This document shows positions 1 through 13,320 of a stretch of DNA of 64,000 nucleotides, one piece after another. The notes below the pieces were generated by a model, which saw nothing but the letters and a program-made list of their open reading frames with translations, did not search any database and was not told the DNA's origin. How positions within the stretch are numbered: the stretch's first letter is position 1; the number at the start of each line of letters is the position of its first letter. The position numbers and the translations under genes are program-made. The stretch is from the NCBI RefSeq assembly GCF_006345805.1, contig NC_043001.1, positions 86,304,001-86,368,000 on the forward strand, given 5' to 3'. The stretch comes from Octopus sinensis (Eukaryota).

Positions 1-121
1 TGTTTGTCTCTAAACCTTTCAGATGCGTCCTCTATACACATTCTTTCGCTATAGCCACAAGTACGATGAAAATGGCTCTTCCTTCCCGTTTCAAAGAAGG
101 AGGCGCGACAATATTCACGAT

Positions 122-124
<3 letters not shown>

Positions 125-172
<48 letters not shown>

Positions 173-250
173 AAGGTAGGTACGTAGGTACGTAGGTAGG
201 TACGTAGGTAAGTAGGTAGGTAGGTAGGTAGGTAGGTAGGTAGGTAGGTA
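125..250. repeat. (GA)n followed by (GGTA)n microsatellite
   Basis: Directly visible tandem repeats. Confidence 0.95.
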
Positions 251-389
251 GACATCTCTTCGGTTTTCAATCTTAAATTAATCTACAAAAGCTTATTAAA
301 GAAATGTACATAAAATTAATTAATTTCAAGAACTATTATACTGTAAAGGTAAATTAATATTTTGTTGACACGTTTTTTTTTTATTTCAG

Positions 390-523
390 GTGATTATACA
401 ACCGAATTCCAATGCATTGAAAAACCGCCAAATCAGATGGTGTTGTCTAACAAAACAGGCTTATATAATAAAGTCAGTTACCATAACGCTACTGGAAGTT
501 TATCCCATTGTTTTAGGATGTGA
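390..523 (+). CDS. Candidate terminal coding exon of an upstream gene
   Basis: Strong acceptor ttttttttttatttcag ending at 389; phase-1 reading GDYTTEFQCIEKPPNQMVLSNKTGLYNKVSYHNATGSLSHCFRM then TGA at 521-523; no recognised homology. Confidence 0.3.
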
Positions 524-620
524 GAGACAAGAACGAGGTTTGACACTGATTTCAGGTGAATTAATAATCTACGCGTTTAGAATTGTTATAGAGATATAGG
601 AATTTGATAACAAGAACTAA

Positions 621-696
<76 letters not shown>

Positions 697-2109
697 CATA
701 TATATATATTATATTATATTATGTTATATTATATATTATATTATATACACTACTATTGATTACATGTTTAGATATTCCATTAGTTAGTATATATTAGATT
801 TAATGATTAATATAATAATTATAAATCTACTCTACAAACATTGTTAGTTCATCTCCCAATAGAATAATTTTAAATTATTACACACATCTGGAGGATGAAA
901 TACCTTTTTCTACAAATGCTTATTCCCAATCATGTTAAAAGCAGAAGACTATGTATTAGTCACCCATATTTTCCAATTGTTCAATAAATATCTTTTGAAA
1001 TTATTATCTAGAGTTATTCTTGTTACTTTTTTTGTTGTTAGCACTGATCAAGCAGCCTATTATCACAGGTGTTCCATCCACGACCATCCCAGCTATCATT
1101 TAATTATACTTCATACAGGAACATATAATTCAATGTATTTTTTAAATCAGGTTTGTAGGGTGTGATTTGTGGGAAGGTAAGCTACTATTTCTGAGATGTC
1201 AAGTAGGTTCTCGTTTGCTGGATCGTCACGACTTAGGGTTGTTTTCGAACGAATGTAATATATATTTATTCTAACATAGAGCAACAAACCTTCTAATATA
1301 TAATATGTTCCAGTCTCAGCAAAGTTGAAACAGTTGTGTCACCACTGTCTCAAATATTGTCTTTCGTCTGTTGTACCAGACTAATTTACCAGCAAGCAGT
1401 TGCACATCTGACATAAGAAACATCTATTGACATCAGCTCATCAACTAGTACTAATCAGAAATACACACGTACTTATAGATTTCTGTGTTACAAATATCCC
1501 ACTCTACCTCTACTGTCCTAATCACAGCTACTGAATGTCTGTCCAGCTGTAGGATTCACTCTCAATACAGTCGGTAATCTTTCTTCTCATTGTTTGTATA
1601 CGTCTGTTTTCTTTTCTATCACATTCTGAACCTTCACGTTCATCAATGTTTGCTTGATTATTTCTCATTCGCCCTTGAGTTAATTATTTCGTCTTAAACT
1701 AAAATCATACACAGGATTTCGTGTGGCTAGTTCACTTCTCACACGATAAAGCCCAAAATGTTTTTACTGTGACATCACAATATCTAAATATTGCATTATC
1801 TAATCAACACAACATATAACACATCGATCTGATGCTCTTCCTCCCGAATCTTCATGTACACTGAATTAATTACTCGGAATATGTCTCATTTCCACTCCAA
1901 TAATACAAACGATAAAGTGCTCCGTTTTACTTTTGGGAATCCAATAATCAGGTGATAACATTGTAAGTCGTCTTACCTCCCGAACTGCAACCAGTTAAAT
2001 CTTCATATAGCTTTGCACAATCATCTTATTCAATACTTCTTGTAATCCCCGTTTCTAATGTTCTTCATTAGAAAATGAATTAAAAACTTATCCTCCTTAC
2101 TTCAAATTC

Positions 2110-2640
2110 ATGGAAAGGGCCTCACTAAAAAATAAATTTACTATGTATCCAATTTTAAATATACACCAAGTCTATTCTACGAAATACCTAAAATACACAA
2201 AGATCCACATGGTAAAGCTTGCAAATATTTTCCAAGCCTATCCATTAATGTTCCTCCCTACTGACCTCAAGCTAAGACCTATCATTGCTGACTCTGCTTG
2301 TGAAACCTACCGTTTCAGCAATTTCTTACTCAAACCATTTTTAAAATATGTGAAAAGCTTCATTAGGGATGATTTATATATGCTTAACCACCTCTCGAAA
2401 ACAATAAATGAAGGAACCCTGTTAGTATAATTCGTTGTAGTGAACTTGTACGCCAATATTCACCTTCTGGCTAGAAAAGTATCCAGAAGAGATCCCAGGA
2501 CGCATCAGCCACAACTTCATAATTGCAGCACTGAAATTTATCCTATTGAACAACTATTTCATGTTCGATACAGTTTACTATCGACAAAAACGTGAAATTG
2601 CAATGGGAACTCGAGCTGCCAGAGTGTTTGCAAACCTCTT
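2110..2640 (+). mobile_element. Penelope-like RT fragment (decayed)
   Basis: LKLRPIIADSACETYRFSNFLLKPFLKYVKSFIRDD, then out-of-frame NNYFMF and AMGTRAA motifs, paralleling the element at 7.1-10.7 kb. Confidence 0.75.
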
Positions 2641-3830
2641 TTCAACCTCTTGTTAATTTTCCTCCCCAACATCGCTTGTGCCCGTATACTCCGCCATTAC
2701 CCATGCCTCGTTTAACACCAAGGTGGGCTCCGAGTCGGTGTCGCTCGGCTACAAGCGATATTCCTCTTTGAGTCCCTCCAGCCTACGTATCACAGCTATT
2801 TTTATGGCCTTCACAGCTATCTGCGGAGGCTATTTGGGCTCCCGTGTGAAAGCTAAAGTGACTCTTCTTATAGTGTTTCTCCACCACCTTTTCCACCTCT
2901 CCACTTCTGTAGAAGAAGATCAATAAATTGTCTTCCTCCGGGGTCGAGGTAGTCAATTCCACCGTTGGCGGCACAATTCCCGCCAACGGTGTCGCTTCCT
3001 CTACCGGTAGCACAACCGACGGGGTTACAGCTTCCTTTGTTGGTGGCATGATTCCGTCCGAAAAGGCCTCGAGACATGCCACCAGTACGTTGCATACTTC
3101 AAGCACTGTCCCATTCTTTTTTCTCTTTTTCTTTTTTATCTTTGGTGCGGTAGGGGTTGGCTCCTTCACCATAACCGCAGGAACCTCGCTTTCTCCAGCA
3201 ACCCCGGGATCCCTCGGAGAGCAACCATTGTTGCTCTCCTTCTTTTTTCTTCCCTCCTCAGGGGCATCAAATAGCGACCACATTGTTGCATAATTGACAC
3301 CCTTTGCTATAAACTTGATGGTTGGCAAGTTTTCTGCCAACAGGTTCTCAATATCTACTTGAGAGAACACAGTGATGGTGTCGAGGGACTTGGAATATGT
3401 CTTCAACACTACCGTTCTCACATTAAGATCCTTTACCTACTGCTTGGGGGGCACAATTTCCCACTCCAAGACAGTGCTTTTATTTTTTGCCATACTTTGC
3501 AAAACAAAAACAGGAAAACGTTAAAAAAAGTTCGAAATGTTCAACTAAAAGTCCAAAGAAACACAAAGAAAGAACAGAAAGACAGAGCAAAGAAAAGAAC
3601 GAAGGAAAACAATTCCAGCACAGCAACACAATTCCCTCACTTAGGTAATCCGGGTCCACTGGTAATCCGCAAATAATCCACCGGTAATCCGCCAGAATAT
3701 TGCTTCACACAGGTACTCCAGTTCACAGTAGCAGCAAAAAAATTCCTCTACGAATGGGTCGAATTTTTATAAACTTTTCAAATTTTGGTAGCGAGACACG
3801 CCCACCAAAACAAAACAATTCTCACCGCTA
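2640..3830 (-). mobile_element. Probable 5' part (UTR + ORF1) of an L1/Tx1-type LINE, truncated
   Basis: 212-aa ORF 2783-3421 with Lys runs and a Pro/Glu-rich segment; upstream leader with three GGTAATCC repeats (3643-3690); family assignment is inference. Confidence 0.4.
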
Positions 3831-4094
3831 AGTGAGTTACTCACCGCGACTACAGCAGACAAATGTTCGAGACCCAGTAGGGATTTCTTATATGAAAAAA
3901 GTAAAAAAACAAATTCCTAACTAAATCCCTTTAAAAAACAACTGCCTATCTTGCAGTGGCACATCTTCAACAGTTCTTCGATTCAAGACGGCCACCAACT
4001 CTCGTCTTGACAGTGTTCAATCCAATAAGCAACTAACAAACGCGCATGCGTAAGCAAGCTACTTATTACAGATCCACTCCTGCGCATATATATA

Positions 4095-4473
4095 TCTTTT
4101 ACTTGTTTCAGTCATTTGACTGCGGCCATGCTGGAGCACCGCCTTTAGTCGAGCAAATCGACCCCGGGACTTATTCTTTGTAAGCCCAGTACTTATTCTA
4201 TCAGTCTCTTTCGCCGAACCGCTAAGTGACGGAGACGTAAACACACTAGCATCGGTTGTCAAGCGATGCTAGGGGGACAAACACAGACACACAAACACAC
4301 ACACATACATATATATACATATATACAACAGGCTTCTTTCAGTTTCCGTCTACCAAATCCACTCACAAGGCATTGGTCGGCCCGGGGCTATAGCAGAAGA
4401 CACTTGCCCAAGATGCCACGCAGTGGGACTGAACCCGGAACCATGTGGTTGGTTAGCAAGCTACTTACACACA
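4095..4473 (-). mobile_element. tRNA-derived SINE
   Basis: Minus strand head with B-box-like GGTTCCGGGTTCAGTCCCACTGCGTGGCA; central (CA)n/(TA)n; body matches fragments at 52965-53075 and 63780-63940. Confidence 0.85.
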
Positions 4474-4475
4474 GA

Positions 4476-4612
4476 TTTTACATACAAAATTTAGAGGACT
4501 GAACACTAAAAAAATAGACAGCCTATATGCTAGATATAGACGTCAAGATCGCCACTTTCCACGAAAAATGTGTTCTGTTTAGTAGTCAGTCCTCTAAATT
4601 TTGTATGTAAAA
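4476..4612. mobile_element. MITE-like element with 27-bp perfect terminal inverted repeats
   Basis: ttttacatacaaaatttagaggactga (4476-4502) is the reverse complement of 4586-4612. Confidence 0.7.
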
Positions 4613-4835
4613 AAATTTTTTAATCTTCAGATTTGTTTTAAAAATATGCTAGGCTACTGATTTTAATTGATTAATATCAATCTCTACTCTTATTTAATTT
4701 TAAATAATTATATATATATATATATATATATAAATATATATAAAATATTATTAGAGACAAAACCACTATTTTGCAAAACAAACAAGGAAAGACTTAATCA
4801 ATACATAAAATTTTAATAAATAGTCAAAAAAACCG

Positions 4836-4878
4836 CCACTACAATCGTTTCTTGTCTTGATCGACAATCTTCAGGTGG
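4836..4878 (-). ncRNA. Type I hammerhead ribozyme (minimal, PLE-type)
   Basis: Exact reverse complement of 6578-6620. Confidence 0.8.
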
Positions 4879-6577
4879 ACTTCCAATCTAAAAAATCAAT
4901 ATTTTAAAATATAAAAATAATAATTTTAAAATAATTAAAGTATGAATGAAAAAATATAAGTATATAATCCATATATAACCTATCTATAATCCATATATAA
5001 TCAATATATAAACAATATATAAACTAAAAAAACCTATCAACAATTAAATATAAAATATAAAATATAAAATATAAAAGTTTTGGTGTATATGGAGGTTTAT
5101 AAGTTAGTTTAGGTATGTGTATAAGTCGTGGGTCTGTGGTTTACGTGTGTGTTTGTGTGTGAATGTTTAGGTTAGGGGGATTACTATATAGGTTTGTTAT
5201 AGAGTTTAGCAAAGGGAGATTTTATCGTTATATGTTTTTTAAGAGTTTTGGTTTATCATGGTTTTTTTAGGGAATTCGTAGTAATTTGTCTATTTTCGAT
5301 GTTGGTTGTTTTATTATATTGTTTCATTCATAATTTTTGAGTGGTGTTCGTTTTGCCACGTGAATTTTGTTTTTAATCCCATTTATTCCATTTCTCCATT
5401 CATTAATTTAGAGATGTTCGTTTCCAGAGCGGTTATACTTTTTATACATATTTTAAGTTCCTTGGTAAAGTAATTTTGTTTGGTGTATATGTTGAGGCTT
5501 ATATGTACTTGTGGGTGTGTGTGAGTGGGGTGGGAGTTTGTATTTGTTATGGGTGTGTGGTTTACGTGTGGTTTTGTGTGTGAATGTATAGGTTAAAGGA
5601 ATTGCTATATAAGTATGTTTTAGTGTTTAGTAAAGGGAGGTTTTATCATTTCTGTTTTGTGAGTTTTAGCTTATAATGGTAGTTTTATAAAAGAATCCAT
5701 TCATAATTTTTGTGTTTATTTGTCTGTGTGGGGTTGAGTGGGTTTTTGGAGTATATGTTGAGGTTTATATGTATGTATTGGTATGTGTAAGTGGTGTGGG
5801 TATTTGTATATGTCGTGGGTGTGTGGTTTACGTGTGTGTATTTGTGTGTGAATGTTTAGGTTAGGGGGATTGCTATATAGGTTTGTTATAGAGTTTAGTA
5901 AAGGGAGATTTTATCATTATATGTTTTTATGAGTTTTGGTTTATCATGGTAGGTTTGATAAGGAATTCGTAGTAATTTGTGTCTATTTGCGATGTCTGTT
6001 GTTTTATTGCATTGTTTCATTCATAATTTTTAAGTAGTGTTCGTTTTACCAAGTGAATATAATTTTTAATTCCATTTATTCCATTTCTCCGTTCATAGTT
6101 TTGAGTGATGTCCGTTTTCTAGAGCGTGAATGTGGGTTGTATGTGTGTGTGTGTGTGGGAGTATGAATAAGTATTATGTTGAAGTATTTAGCTATTTTAT
6201 TTATTTATAGTTGCCTAGACATTTTTATGTGTATGTATAGGGATATATATATAGGTGTGTGATTTAGTGTATGTAGTTAGATATGGTTATATATAATTAG
6301 GTATATGTGTATGGGTGTATATATAGTTTATTATTATATTATTATTTTTTTTTTGTTTTGTTTTATATTTTATATTTATATTTTATATTTTATATTTTAT
6401 ATTTTATATTTAATTGTTGATAGGTTTTTTTAGTTTATATATTGTTTATATATGATTATATATGGATTATAGATAGGTTATATATGGATTATATACTTAT
6501 ATTTTTTCATTCATACTTTAATTATTTTAAAATTATTATTTTTATATTTTAAAATATTGATTTTTTAGATTGGAAGT

Positions 6578-6620
6578 CCACCTGAAGATTGTCGATCAAG
6601 ACAAGAAACGATTGTAGTGG
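6578..6620 (+). ncRNA. Type I hammerhead ribozyme (minimal, PLE-type)
   Basis: Stem I CCAC/GTGG; core CTGAAGA; stem II TTGTC-gatcaa-GACAA; GAAA; short self-complementary stem III ACGATTGT; GUA cleavage triplet. Confidence 0.8.
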
Positions 6621-6797
6621 CGGTTTTTTTGACTATTTATTAAAATTTTATGTATTGATTAAGTCTTTCCTTGTTTGTTTTGCAAAATAGTGGTTTTGTC
6701 TCTAATAATATTTTATAATATTTACTATAAAATCGATTTAATCCTAAATCTGATTTTTTCCCTGTAAATTTGGATTTATTCCCTAATATTTATTATT

Positions 6798-6836
<39 letters not shown>

Positions 6837-6840
<4 letters not shown>

Positions 6841-6890
6841 CCATTAATTACATTGAAGCCGCAGCATCCATTTCCAAGTAACTTTATATC

Positions 6891-6958
<68 letters not shown>

Positions 6959-7013
6959 GTATATAAACTTACTTGGAAATGGATGTTGCTGCTTCAATGT
7001 AATTAATGGAATT
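6837..7013. repeat. Hairpin element with (TA)n centre
   Basis: aattccattaattacattgaagc...tttccaagta is mirrored by tacttggaaa...cttcaatgtaattaatggaatt. Confidence 0.85.
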
Positions 7014-7104
7014 TTCAAAGTTCACATCTTTTATAAATCATCTGGTTTGAGGCCCATCAATTAAATAATAATGTAAATTATATATATATATATATATATA
7101 TATA

Positions 7105-10100
7105 AACTTTGATGGGACCATAGTTTGATAAAATTCAGGACCGACATCTCCCTTACCCTGTCTAAACAATCCCGCTACAAAGCCAAATACGAAGCTATCG
7201 ATGATCAAATCAGAGACGAAATATCCAAACTAACGACCGGCAATATAGCAGAAAAAATGCGAGAACTATGGACCAGAGATATCTCAAAAGAAGAAAGCAG
7301 ATCAAGAAAGTTTTGGCAGCGGAAACAATTATTTCTCGACAAATATGCTACAAGTTACGGTAAAGACACCAGAACTCTGAGAAATAGCATTAAAAGTGGA
7401 CAACCTCACCAACGCAACATACGCCAGAACACGTGGCAACATGAACACCCGTTTCACCACGAATCGAAGACGAACTACGGTAAGAACTCTTCCCTTTTTG
7501 TATGCAAACACCCTAATGCACACAACATGAACAAAAAGCACAAACAAAATAGATATTCTCTTGATCAGACCATTAGCAGTAGAAATAATAGATCATTTTG
7601 AAGACCTCAACAGAGATTACCCACAAGAAACTGGACAAAAAAAACCCAGATCATTTCCCCAGGTGGTTAAAAACAATACTAACAAGAAATTGAAAAATAA
7701 TATACATAATACCAAAAACAAGACAGAAAAGATAACGAAACCAAGTAAAATACCACAACCAAAACGCAAAATTCATCAAGCAAACATCAACAGGAATATA
7801 AATCATAAACAGAAAAAAATCCATTTTTTTACGTCAGGACAACAAACACCTGAGAAATAAAAAATCCAAGAGGAAACATACCCAAAACAACTGAACGTAT
7901 AGATCCTAAAATAATTAATTTATCAAAAAGAGATCTTGACAATGATGAAATCCAACTTCTGTCAAAAGGACTGAAATTCACACCTACACCAACAGCCAAC
8001 CACCAAGAATTAAAGGAGGATATCCAAAAATTCTGTCGAAAATTACGACTTGTAGAATTCTTCGCTAACAAATCCCTAGTAAGGAATAAATGAATCCCTA
8101 GTAAAGAATAAATCAAATTTCACCCCACCAAAAGGAAGAAATAACTACCTTGACCAATACATTGATATCCTGTCTAAATTTCCCCTTAGACGCAATACCA
8201 ATGTTAGGCCAAACATTAACAAATCAGAGATGTCTGCATGTAAACGTATACAAAACGATCAAGCAATAATAATTAAACAAGCAGATGAAGGTGGTTCAAT
8301 TGTTATTATGGATACCGAATACTATAAGGATTTGGTTGAGGACCAACTGAAGGACACAACTTTCTATTGTGAAATACCCTCAAATATAGACCACCACATC
8401 ATGAAAAAGATCAACAACCTGATCTCAAAACACTACAACTCACTTACCGATAATGAAAGAGACTACATCACCAATTTCGAACCAAAACCCAGCAACTTCT
8501 ACGGCTTACCGAAAATACATAAATCAAAAGATATTCAACAGGCAGTAAAAGAACAAGAAAGTTAGTACATAGAATTACTACATCCAAAAGACCTAAAACT
8601 TAGACCTATTATAGCTGGTCCAGCATGCCCTACCCACCGTCTAAGCAATTTTATTGACATTGTTTTGAAACCACTATGTATTTACATACCCAGTTTCATC
8701 AGGGATGACATCGACTTCCTGTCCCATCTTCCCAAAACAACAGAAACAAATTCAGTTTTACTAAGTTTTGATGTGGTAAGCCTCTACACCAATATTCCAC
8801 ACGATTTAGGAATAAAGGCGATTAAATACTGGTTAGAAAAACATAGAGAAGTGATTCCCAGCAGATTCACAGTGTCATTTATATTAGACACAGTCAAACT
8901 TATTCTAGAAAACAACACATTCTTCTTCAATGGAAAGAATTACATCCAAATTAGAGGCACGGCGATGGGAACGAGGTTTGCTCCCGTTTACGCCAACTCT
9001 GTAATGGGATACTTAGAACAACAACTCTACCAAAAGGTGGAGGTAAACTATGGCACTGGATTTAGAAAGTATATTGAAAAGGCATGGAAGAGATACCTTA
9101 GAATCTCTAAATACTCTGGAAGAGTTCAATATCCTCCTGAACAACCTACACCCATCTCTCCAATTTACAAAGGAGATGAGTAGTACCAAATTACCATTCC
9201 TAGATATAATGGTAATTAAAAAAGACACCACCATCACCACAGATATATACAATAAACACACAGACACACATCAATACCTGAATTTTAAGTCGTGCCATCC
9301 ACCACATACAAAACGCAACATCCCATACTGCCTAGCCAGAAGAATTTGTACCATTGTAGAAGATGCAAATAACAGGAACAAACGCCTAACAGAACTAAGA
9401 GAATTTTTGCTCAAACAAAAATACCCATCTCTACTTATAGAAAATAGCATACAGCGGGCTATAAAAATACCCATACAACAACTTAGGACAACCCAAGGAA
9501 GAGGAAAACAAGAACAAGTCATACCATTCATAGTGACACACAACCCATGTCACCAGAATATCTTCAACATTGCCAAAGAAAACCTACCAATCATTGCTCA
9601 AAGTAATGTATTAAAAGATATAATCACGGATCGAGCTATGGTTCTTAGTAAAAGACTTGAAAAAATTACTAACAACGGCAAAATTTGACCTTAGCAACAA
9701 AGACTAAACATTCACTGTATCTAAATGCAATGATAGCCGATGTGGCACATGCCAATTCATAAATACCGGCCAATATATAAACACAAACACCGGGAAAATA
9801 TTCACAAACGTGAATATGAACTGCAAAAGCAGAAATTTAATTTACAGCATCAAATGCCCAAATTGTGAAGAAATATATGTAGGTCAGACGGGAAATGCAC
9901 TATCAGAACGCTCACGTGTACACCGACAACAGATTAGAGACCCAGAGGTCCGTCAAATACCTTTGAGTAACCACCTAGCAACATGTGGTCGGAAAATATA
10001 TATAATATTTCCATTCTACAAATTACACAGCCCAAGTGAAATCGAGAGGAAAATCAGAGAAAAGAATTTTATTGATAAATTCGAATCCAAGCTACATAAG

Positions 10101-10745
10101 CAATAATGATAATACTTAGAGGTGCTACTTCTACTGCTACGACCATGACCACTAACAACAACAACAATACTAGAGGTGATCAAGATGAAGATAGCAGGAA
10201 AATTATCTTATTTAGGGTTAAAAGTTCTATTGCCACCACCATCACCACTAGCAACAATAATTAAGGTGCTGACAATGATGATGATGACAATTGAAATATA
10301 AAAATCCCTGACAAAGGCTATTTACAACATTTCTAAAAATAGCCAAACAATTGCTGCCTCGGCCAGGGTTAAGATACAGGACTCTTTACATGTTCAACAA
10401 AGCGTGACGCCTAAACCAACCAATCAGCTTAAGTAATTGAGTGATACTACACACTGATTGGTCAAAATACAGTTTGCAAAACCTAGCAATTTGGAGCCTA
10501 CACAGCTGTATTTAAGGCACAGATTTAATCATCTCGCTACAGTCAAAAATTGTGAAGCATGACTGTCACCACTACTACATGAACCTGAAGATTGCAGAAT
10601 TTAATGCATGAAAGTACTAGTTCAATCAGAATGAACATTTATCATTCTATTATTTTATTTTATTATATTATTTTATATTATATCATTATAAGAATGTAAA
10701 TAAAACGTGAAAATCAAACAAGGTTGGAATTCCTTTTATTAATAT
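7105..10745 (+). mobile_element. Penelope-like retroelement (RT + GIY-YIG endonuclease), 5'-truncated, inactivated
   Basis: RT motifs FYGLPKIHK, LRPIIAG, SFDVVSLYTNIP, GTAMGTRFAP, KLPFLDI; GIY-YIG IYSIKCPNCEEIYVGQTG (9810-10106); in-frame TAG at 8563, frameshifts and loss of the catalytic DD; 3' pseudo-LTR with hammerhead. Confidence 0.92.
10580..10624 (+). ncRNA. Hammerhead ribozyme in Penelope 3' pseudo-LTR
   Basis: Stem I TGAAC/GTTCA; CTGAAGA; stem II TGCA/TGCA with a U-U first pair; GAAA; palindromic AGTACT; CUA triplet. Confidence 0.65.
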
Positions 10746-10799
10746 ATTATTCTATACACAATCACACACACCCGTATATATATCTATATATATATAGAG

Positions 10800-10912
<113 letters not shown>

Positions 10913-11712
10913 TGCGCATATATGGGTATAGGACGTCATCAACAGTAAACAAGATGAAATACGAAAACAAATGAGTTAAATACGCAAATAACGGAAGAAA
11001 TAATGGTAAACAGGACAAGTAATACACAGAACGACCCTTCATCAGTTGTCGGCTGTCTATCTACTCCCCATTTCGAGCAATCAACGACAATATGAGCCTT
11101 CGAAGACAGTTGCTCTCATAAATACTGAAATAAAATTTTGGATTTATGGAGGGTCAAATTTGGGAACAAAAACAGGACAATGGAGACATGCAATGAAACT
11201 GAACGAAAACAAACATGGAGGGTCGTTAGACCAGAACGAGGCAAAAATACCGAACGCCGGGAGAAATAATTTCTCTAAAAAGAGAAAAGATAGAAGAGAG
11301 AGATAGAAGACGTCCATTCCTTTGGACGCCGTGCAGAAAAAGAAAGATTGTCACGTGAGGAAAAGAAAGGGGGACGGCGGTCACATGTGAGCAACGAGAG
11401 AAAGAAAAGGAGAAAGAGAGATACAGACGGACAGACAGATAGAAAATGTTGAAGGGGAGAAAAAGGTAATTAGAGACGGATGGGGAGAAAACGGTATAGA
11501 GTAATGTCGCATCAAAAAGATTAATATAAACTCACTTAGAAATGGATGCGTGGCGTTCAATTAAATAATATATATATATTTATTTATTTATTTATTTAAT
11601 GTAGGATAACATTTTTTTCGAAAAAAATTTTTATCAATGGTCAGCATATTAAAAAATACCTTTAAAGTTTAAAATTATAAACAACATATAAGTTGTATAT
11701 AAACATATAAGT

Positions 11713-11750
<38 letters not shown>

Positions 11751-11849
11751 TATATGGGTACAGGGCGTCACCAACAATAAAGTTTTAGGGTAGGTCACGG
11801 TACCATTGCCATAATGATTTTTACTTTGTAAAGTTGTTGAGAAAGTTTG

Positions 11850-12620
11850 TGAGATTAGTTACGAATTGTATGTATTTATTGATCTAAACCAAGCGTTCAA
11901 TACGGTCAGAAGAAATACTCTCTGGGTAGTTCTCAAAATATTGGTATACCTGATAAGATGTTTAAGACATTGCTTCTTATGCTGGAATGAAACAATGTTT
12001 CATCATATTAAGATTTCAGAGTTATTTCACATTTCTAATAGCATGAAAATGGCCATATCAAGGCACGGGTGCTTTGATACAGCCATTATCCATTTTCAAT
12101 CGACATTTACCATGCTCGTGGCATTTCCGATTTATATATGTAATTTCAATACCAAATCTGGGATGTGTCTCGTAATTTACCAGAGCTTTTAAACCGAAAT
12201 ATTTGTCCGAATGGTTATATGTGAGTTCTTGTTTTCTGAGGATGATGTACTTGAGGCAGCATCTATCAAACAGCACAGGATTTTATTAATCGTTTCTCTA
12301 ATGTCAGTAAAGCTTTCGATTTCATCAGCAGCATTAGAAAGATATAAGTCATCGCCCAGACAAAACCCATTCTCCAACAAATCAGAAGTATAAAACTGAA
12401 ACCATTTCAACAATACCCTGTCACTCCCATTATCATCGATGACAAAAATCTAAAATATGTAAATACTTTTAGGTATCTGGAGAGTAGAGTAAGTTCAAAT
12501 GCTTAAGACAATCTTCGTTACCGTCTGTGGGATGAACGGGGAATCCTATTAGAAACGATAGTTAATGCCTACCAGGTTGCAGTTTTTGTTACTCTCCTAT
12601 GTGTATTGATAAACGCTTTC
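11850..12620 (+). mobile_element. Decayed RTE-clade LINE RT fragment
   Basis: FIDLNQAFNTVRRNTLW resembles RTE FVDLTKAFDTVSREGLW; later tttaggtatctggagag (F.YLG-like). Confidence 0.55.
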
Positions 12621-12689
12621 TGAATGATAGGAGTTCGAATAAATGTAAAAGTAGTATTATTGAATCCTTTCTTTTACATTACTAATTAA

Positions 12690-13320
12690 GATGGTTTGAT
12701 CACCGGCTATCTATAGCTATGGTGCGGCCTCACCTTTAATTTGCATCACCGGTCTGGAACCCCTATCTTGCCCAGGATATTAATCGTCTGGAAACCGTTC
12801 AGCAACGTGCAACCAAGAGAATACCTTCCATCAGGCATTTGTCATATTCTGAACACCTTACTTCCTTGGGCATGGATACACTGAAACTCCGACATCTAGC
12901 AGCTGACTTGGCAGACACCCATAAAATTATTAACCATCTTACTAACAATAACTCTGAACACCTTTTCAAACTCCACCTATTTAACACCCGTGAACATGTT
13001 TACAAAGTCAGAAAACAGTACAGCTCCCATGACTTTCGGAAACATTTTTTCACGCTAAGAGTTGCTGAAGTATGGAACAAACTGCCGGCATCAGTTGTTC
13101 GTTGTCAGAATACTGCATCCTTCAAAGCTTCCATGCTTCCTGAGATTCGCCAACACTACACCTGATTTTCTCCCCTCCATACACACGCAAGCATGTATCT
13201 GACTCATACACTGTTCACTTCCTAGACATTTGTACATTACTGCATATGCTTTATATGCACTTTTGACAAGTTGTGGTGCACCTGAGCACTGTATACAATA
13301 ATTTCCTTATTATTTATTAT
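12690..13320 (+). mobile_element. CR1-group LINE 3' fragment
   Basis: ETVQQRATKRIP...SYSEHL..LGMDTLKLR...FRKHFFTLRVAEVWNKLP is the typical CR1 ORF2 C-terminus. Confidence 0.8.

Larger units (their letters stand above)
4741..6716 (-). mobile_element. Non-autonomous Penelope-like element with inverted pseudo-LTRs
   Basis: About 335-bp near-perfect inverted repeats (4741-5076 / about 6379-6716), each with a hammerhead motif; interior has about three diverged G/T-rich direct units. Confidence 0.7.

Noticed and set aside
10930-11090. CTGATGA on the minus strand as a hammerhead core
   Set aside because: No compatible stem II plus GAAA arrangement found.
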